DNA of 10,220 nucleotides from a virus (Duplodnaviria; Heunggongvirae; Uroviricota; Caudoviricetes): IMG/VR virus record IMGVR_UViG_2706794662_000011; one strand, 5' to 3'. Shown piece by piece: positions 7,118 to 10,220 of this stretch (position 1 is its first letter; each line of letters starts with the position of its first letter). The notes under the pieces were generated by a model. It saw only the letters and a program-made list of their open reading frames with translations, ran no database searches and was not told where the DNA came from. The position numbers and the translations under genes were made by a program.

Positions 7118-7219
7118 CGAATTGCGGGCTGTCGTCTCTCTTCTGCCATTGTCCTGTAACTTCCGGACTTCAGCCCGCTCCTTATTTTACTCACAATATT
7201 ATCCCGGCCGGGAGGATTC

Positions 7220-9073
7220 ATGGCATTTAAACACTATGACGTGGTCAGGGCGGCATCGCCGTCAGACCTTGCGAAACGACTGACACAAAAACTGAAGGAG
7301 GGCTGGCAGCCGTTTGGTAGTCCGGTGGCCATAACCCCTTATACCCTGATGCAGGCGATTGCAGCAGAAGGTGATGTGGTCGTCAGTGGTGCAACTGAGC
7401 CGGAGTGGTACTACGTCATCGTACTGGCCGGGCAATCCAATGCCATGGCTTACGGTGAAGGTCTTCCGCTTCCGGATTCATACGATGCGCCCCATCCGCG
7501 CATTAAGCAACTGGCCCGTCGTAACACAGTGACTCCCGGTGGTGAAGTATGCGTATTTAACGACATCATTCCTGCTGACCATTGTCTGCATGATGTTCAG
7601 GATATGAGTACGATTAACCATCCCCGGGCTGACCTGAGCAAAGGGCAGTACGGCTGTGTCGGACAGGGCTTACATATTGCCAAAAAACTGCTTCCGTATA
7701 TCCCTAATAATGCGGGGATCCTGCTGGTACCATGCTGTTGTGGTGGTTCGGCATTCACCCAGGGCACGGAGGGGACATTCAGCGAGTCCACGGGGGCCAG
7801 TCAGGATTCGGCTCGCTGGGGAGTGGGTAAGCCGTTATATCAGGATCTGCTTTTCCGCACGAAGGCAGCATTGCAGAAAAACCCGAAAAACGTTTTGCTG
7901 GCGATATGCTGGATGCAGGGGGAATTCGATATGACGAATGCCAGTTACGCCCAGCAGCCAGCAGCATTTCTTGCAATGGTACAGCAGTTCCGTGCTGACC
8001 TTGCCGGGCTGGCGGCGCAGTGTCACGGTGGAAGTCCGGCATCAGTCCCCTGGATTTGTGGCGACACGACATACGCGTGGAAACAAGAACACGGTACGCA
8101 ATATGAAGTGGTATATGGTGCATATAAAGGTAAAGAATCCCAGCAGATTTATTTTGTTCCCTTTATGACCGATGGTAGCGGAGTTAATACACCGACAAAC
8201 AACCCGTCAGAAGATCCTGATATTGCCGGGTCTGGTTATTACGGTTCGGCATCCCGAACGAACAAAAACTGGGTATCATCAAATCGCCCGACGCATTTCA
8301 GCTCATGGGCGCGTCGTGGCATTATTCCCGATCGTATGGCAACTGCTATTCTGAACGTAGCCGGTCGCACCTTAGCCTTCATTAGTGGTAAGGCACCGGA
8401 AATCAAACCCTCGCCCGGCGGCGACACGCCATCGGGGCCGTCTGAAGATGCATCCATACGCACAATCTCCCTGTTGCCGACAGCCGGAGACGCTGCTGCG
8501 CAGGGCTGGAGCATTAAGAATGGCGGAGTTCAGTTGTCAGATGGTGTATTTAAGATCACCAAGCAGAGCAATAAAGCCTGGTCCCTGACGCGCCCGGTGG
8601 ATGACGCAGTCTCCCTGCTGACACGGGGTGGCAGACTGAGCTGTAAGTTTCGACTGTCAGGCGCACTGACCAACAACCAGTTCGGTCTGGGAATTTATCT
8701 GTATACCGATGTAGCGTTACCTGACGTCGTGGCGATGACCGGGACTGGTAACCCGTTCCTGATGTCGTTCTTCACCCAGACCACAGACGGCAAACTGAAT
8801 CTGATGCATCACAAGAAAGCAGGAAACACAAAGTTGGGCGAGTTCGGGAATTACAGTAACGACTGGCTGACGCTGGAGCTGGTGTTCACCGCCGGCAGTG
8901 CCACGGTTACTCCGAAACTGAATGGAGTGGCTGGCCCGGCATTCCAGGTCATAAAAGACAGTCTGACACTGGGGCTGAATGCGCTGACGCTGACGGATAT
9001 TACCAAAAATGCAGCGTATGGCGTTGAGATAGAAAGTCTGGTGCTGGAGATAAATGCACCGGCATCATCATAA
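7220..9073 (+). CDS. Prophage NanS-p-like sialate O-acetylesterase (SGNH/SASA esterase with an N-terminal DUF1737-like region), 617 aa
   Basis: RBS GGGAGG upstream. N-terminus MAFKHYDVV. Esterase motif VIVLAGQSNAMAYGEG with the catalytic Ser in GQSN. Sits between the tRNA region and the holin, as in Stx-type lambdoid phages. Confidence 0.8.
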   Translation: MAFKHYDVVRAASPSDLAKRLTQKLKEGWQPFGSPVAITPYTLMQAIAAEGDVVVSGATEPEWYYVIVLAGQSNAMAYGEGLPLPDSYDAPHPRIKQLARRNTVTPGGEVCVFNDIIPADHCLHDVQDMSTINHPRADLSKGQYGCVGQGLHIAKKLLPYIPNNAGILLVPCCCGGSAFTQGTEGTFSESTGASQDSARWGVGKPLYQDLLFRTKAALQKNPKNVLLAICWMQGEFDMTNASYAQQPAAFLAMVQQFRADLAGLAAQCHGGSPASVPWICGDTTYAWKQEHGTQYEVVYGAYKGKESQQIYFVPFMTDGSGVNTPTNNPSEDPDIAGSGYYGSASRTNKNWVSSNRPTHFSSWARRGIIPDRMATAILNVAGRTLAFISGKAPEIKPSPGGDTPSGPSEDASIRTISLLPTAGDAAAQGWSIKNGGVQLSDGVFKITKQSNKAWSLTRPVDDAVSLLTRGGRLSCKFRLSGALTNNQFGLGIYLYTDVALPDVVAMTGTGNPFLMSFFTQTTDGKLNLMHHKKAGNTKLGEFGNYSNDWLTLELVFTAGSATVTPKLNGVAGPAFQVIKDSLTLGLNALTLTDITKNAAYGVEIESLVLEINAPASS

Positions 9074-9158
9074 AAAGTGAGCCAGCCAAATGGAAGGTAT
9101 CGTTAAACTCACCGGTAGTGTCAGTGGGTCGTCTGAGATGCCTGCATGAGTTATCAGA

Positions 9159-9188
9159 GCCATCAGTACTTAACTGGTGGCTTTTTTT
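9159..9188 (+). terminator. Intrinsic terminator after the esterase gene
   Basis: Stem gccatcagt, loop actta, stem actggtggc (one G-U pair), followed by ttttttt. Confidence 0.5.
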
Positions 9189-9223
9189 ATTGTTGTCAGC
9201 TTCCGGATAACGGGAGACGGGGT

Positions 9224-9439
9224 ATGTACCAGATGGAAAAAATCACAACAGGTGTGTCATACACCACGTCAGCGGTGGGAACGGGCTACTGGTTCCTGCA
9301 GTTGCTGGACAGGGTTTCCCCGTCTCAGTGGGCGGCAATAGGCGTGCTGGGGAGTCTGCTGTTTGGGCTGCTGACATATCTGACTAACCTGTATTTCAAA
9401 ATCAGAGAGGACCGTCGTAAGGCTGCACGGGGAGAGTAA
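9224..9439 (+). CDS. S: S21-type pinholin (class II holin), 71 aa, with a dual-start motif (MYQMEK)
   Basis: Matches my recollection of phage 21 / Stx-phage S: [54 protein letters not shown]. The ORF-track start at 9146 is rejected because a terminator lies inside that extension. Confidence 0.85.
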   Translation: MYQMEKITTGVSYTTSAVGTGYWFLQLLDRVSPSQWAAIGVLGSLLFGLLTYLTNLYFKIREDRRKAARGE

Positions 9440-9443
9440 TTCA

Positions 9444-9758
9444 ATGACTCAAAACTATGAACTGATTGTGAAAGGGATCCGCAATTTTGAGAATAAAGTT
9501 ACGGTAACTTTAGCGTTACGGGACAAAAAACGCTTTGACGGTGAAATTTTTGACCTGGACATCTCGCTGGACCGTGTTGAAGGTGCCGCGCTGGAGTTTT
9601 ATGAGGCAGCAGCCAGAAGGAGCATCAGACAGGTCTTCTTGGATGTTGCTGCCGGGTTATGTGAAGGGGACGAGCTGTTGCCAGAAACGCGCCCCTGTTC
9701 AGAGGCGCGGTATACCATAAAAATTAACAGTTCTGATAACTCGATTACGGGTTGTTAG
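9444..9758 (+). CDS. Hypothetical 104-aa protein between holin and endolysin; a YdfR-like position as in the Qin prophage
   Basis: ORF from the track. GGAGAG lies 8 nt upstream of the ATG. Assignment is by position only. Confidence 0.5.
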   Translation: MTQNYELIVKGIRNFENKVTVTLALRDKKRFDGEIFDLDISLDRVEGAALEFYEAAARRSIRQVFLDVAAGLCEGDELLPETRPCSEARYTIKINSSDNSITGC

Positions 9759-9813
9759 CTTTTTGCAGTTGGCTTTCCAGTATCTTTCATTGGTAGCATC
9801 CTGATAAATATCC

Positions 9814-9984
9814 ATGAGCGCAAAAATCAAATACGGCCTGTCAGCTGCTGTTCTGGCGCTGATTGCAAAATGGCATCTGAATCGATCGCAGTTTGGCATT
9901 CGAATCGATCATGATTTGGCATCCATCTCCGATCACAGTTTGGCATCACAATCGATCACGATTTGGCATACTTCCGATCATTGA
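9814..9984 (+). pseudogene. R: Truncated SAR-endolysin R: only the first 18 codons (MSAKIKYGLSAAVLALIA) look like endolysin; the frame then runs through a repeat array to a stop at 9982..9984
   Basis: The N-terminus matches the signal-anchor-release segment of pinholin-partner endolysins. From about 9868 the translation (KWHLNRSQFGIRIDHDLASISDHSLASQSITIWHTSDH) reflects DNA repeats, not an enzyme. No muramidase domain and no Rz/Rz1 follow. Confidence 0.5.
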
Positions 9985-9990
9985 TTGGAA
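9868..9990. repeat. Array of five tandem direct repeats, period 23-24 bp, consensus TTTGGCAT-N6-(A/C)(T/C)CGATCA-N3, each with one GATC; a sixth degenerate unit follows
   Basis: Units start at 9868, 9891, 9914, 9938 and 9961. They are contiguous with no spacers. The array starts exactly where endolysin similarity ends. Confidence 0.85.
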
Positions 9991-10028
9991 TTCGCCAGTC
10001 ACTCCGGGAATTAACTCTTTTCACCACA

Positions 10029-10060
10029 GTCTCCATTGCCGTGTTTAAACCAGTGGAGAC
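10029..10060. promoter_or_regulatory. Near-perfect inverted repeat gtctccattg-N12-cagtggagac, just upstream of a small basic ORF
   Basis: Read directly; 9 of 10 arm positions are complementary. The right arm overlaps the RBS GGAGA for the ATG at 10065. Confidence 0.35.
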
Positions 10061-10064
10061 GTCA

Positions 10065-10151
10065 ATGTCCAAAAAGAGAAAATCCAGGAGCACTATGGAA
10101 ACTTGTTTTAAGATCCTTCAGCTCAAGTTCGATAAGAAGCTGACTAACTGA
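10065..10151 (+). CDS. Candidate 28-aa basic peptide (MSKKRKSRSTMETCFKILQLKFDKKLTN); its stop codon is the first 3 nt of the right terminal repeat
   Basis: GGAGA lies 7 nt upstream of the ATG. Very short and unsupported by any match. The longer TTG-initiated version from 9963 starts inside the repeat array. Confidence 0.2.
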   Translation: MSKKRKSRSTMETCFKILQLKFDKKLTN

Positions 10152-10220
10152 GGTGTACTGGCAATAGCGGACACTACCATTTGTTCTTTTTTTAAGCAGC
10201 CATCTGATGATATTTTTCCC
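10149..10220. repeat. Right copy of the 72-bp perfect terminal inverted repeat
   Basis: Exact reverse complement of 1..72. Confidence 0.9.

Noticed and set aside
6079-7219. Shiga toxin genes at the canonical position between the tRNAs and the esterase
   Set aside because: No A or B subunit coding sequence is visible in the unmasked 860 bp, and the 278-bp gap is too short for stxAB (about 1.2 kb) if the N-run length is faithful. Absence cannot be fully confirmed because of masking.
7597-8588. Several 60-114 aa ORFs on both strands inside the esterase gene
   Set aside because: All are nested in alternative frames of a 617-aa gene with clear esterase motifs. Chance frames of this size are expected in GC-balanced coding sequence.
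9146-9223. N-terminal extension of the holin ORF (track start at 9146)
   Set aside because: The extension contains an intrinsic terminator hairpin plus T7 run (9159..9188) and has no RBS. The ATG at 9224 has a strong RBS and gives the canonical pinholin N-terminus.
9868-9990. Tandem repeat array considered as a CRISPR array
   Set aside because: The units are 23-24 bp and directly adjacent with no spacers, and no cas genes or leader are present. It is a tandem direct-repeat (iteron-like) array.
1-10220. Integrase, transposase or recombinase gene that would explain the terminal inverted repeats
   Set aside because: No ORF in the window has recognisable recombinase or transposase motifs (no DDE or tyrosine/serine recombinase signatures seen). 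If the repeats mark a mobile unit, the enzyme must act in trans or lie outside the window.

Overview
This window reads as a lambdoid (Qin/phage-82-like) prophage segment from an Escherichia-like host, all on the + strand, running from the nin region to the lysis cassette. In order: a translationally coupled operon of small ORFs; a hok/sok-type type I toxin locus (hokD/relF-like); a Rem-like small ORF; a DUF968 YdfU-like HNH-motif protein; RusA resolvase; a Q-like antiterminator with four CxxCxGxG zinc-finger repeats; a candidate late promoter and terminator (pR'/tR'); a 65-aa putative HTH protein; an N6-adenine/N4-cytosine-type DNA methyltransferase whose 5' end lies in an N-masked gap; a tRNA with anticodon CAU; a second N-gap; an 860-bp non-coding region with two copies of a structured ~150-nt element and several intrinsic terminators; a NanS-p-like sialate O-acetylesterase; an S21-like pinholin; and a 104-aa hypothetical protein. 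Two things stand out. The endolysin gene is cut off after 18 codons by an array of five tandem 23-24 bp repeats, each with a GATC site. The first and last 72 bp of the window are perfect inverted repeats of each other. No stx genes, integrase, transposase or CRISPR array are visible. All product names are from recalled family features, not from a search.
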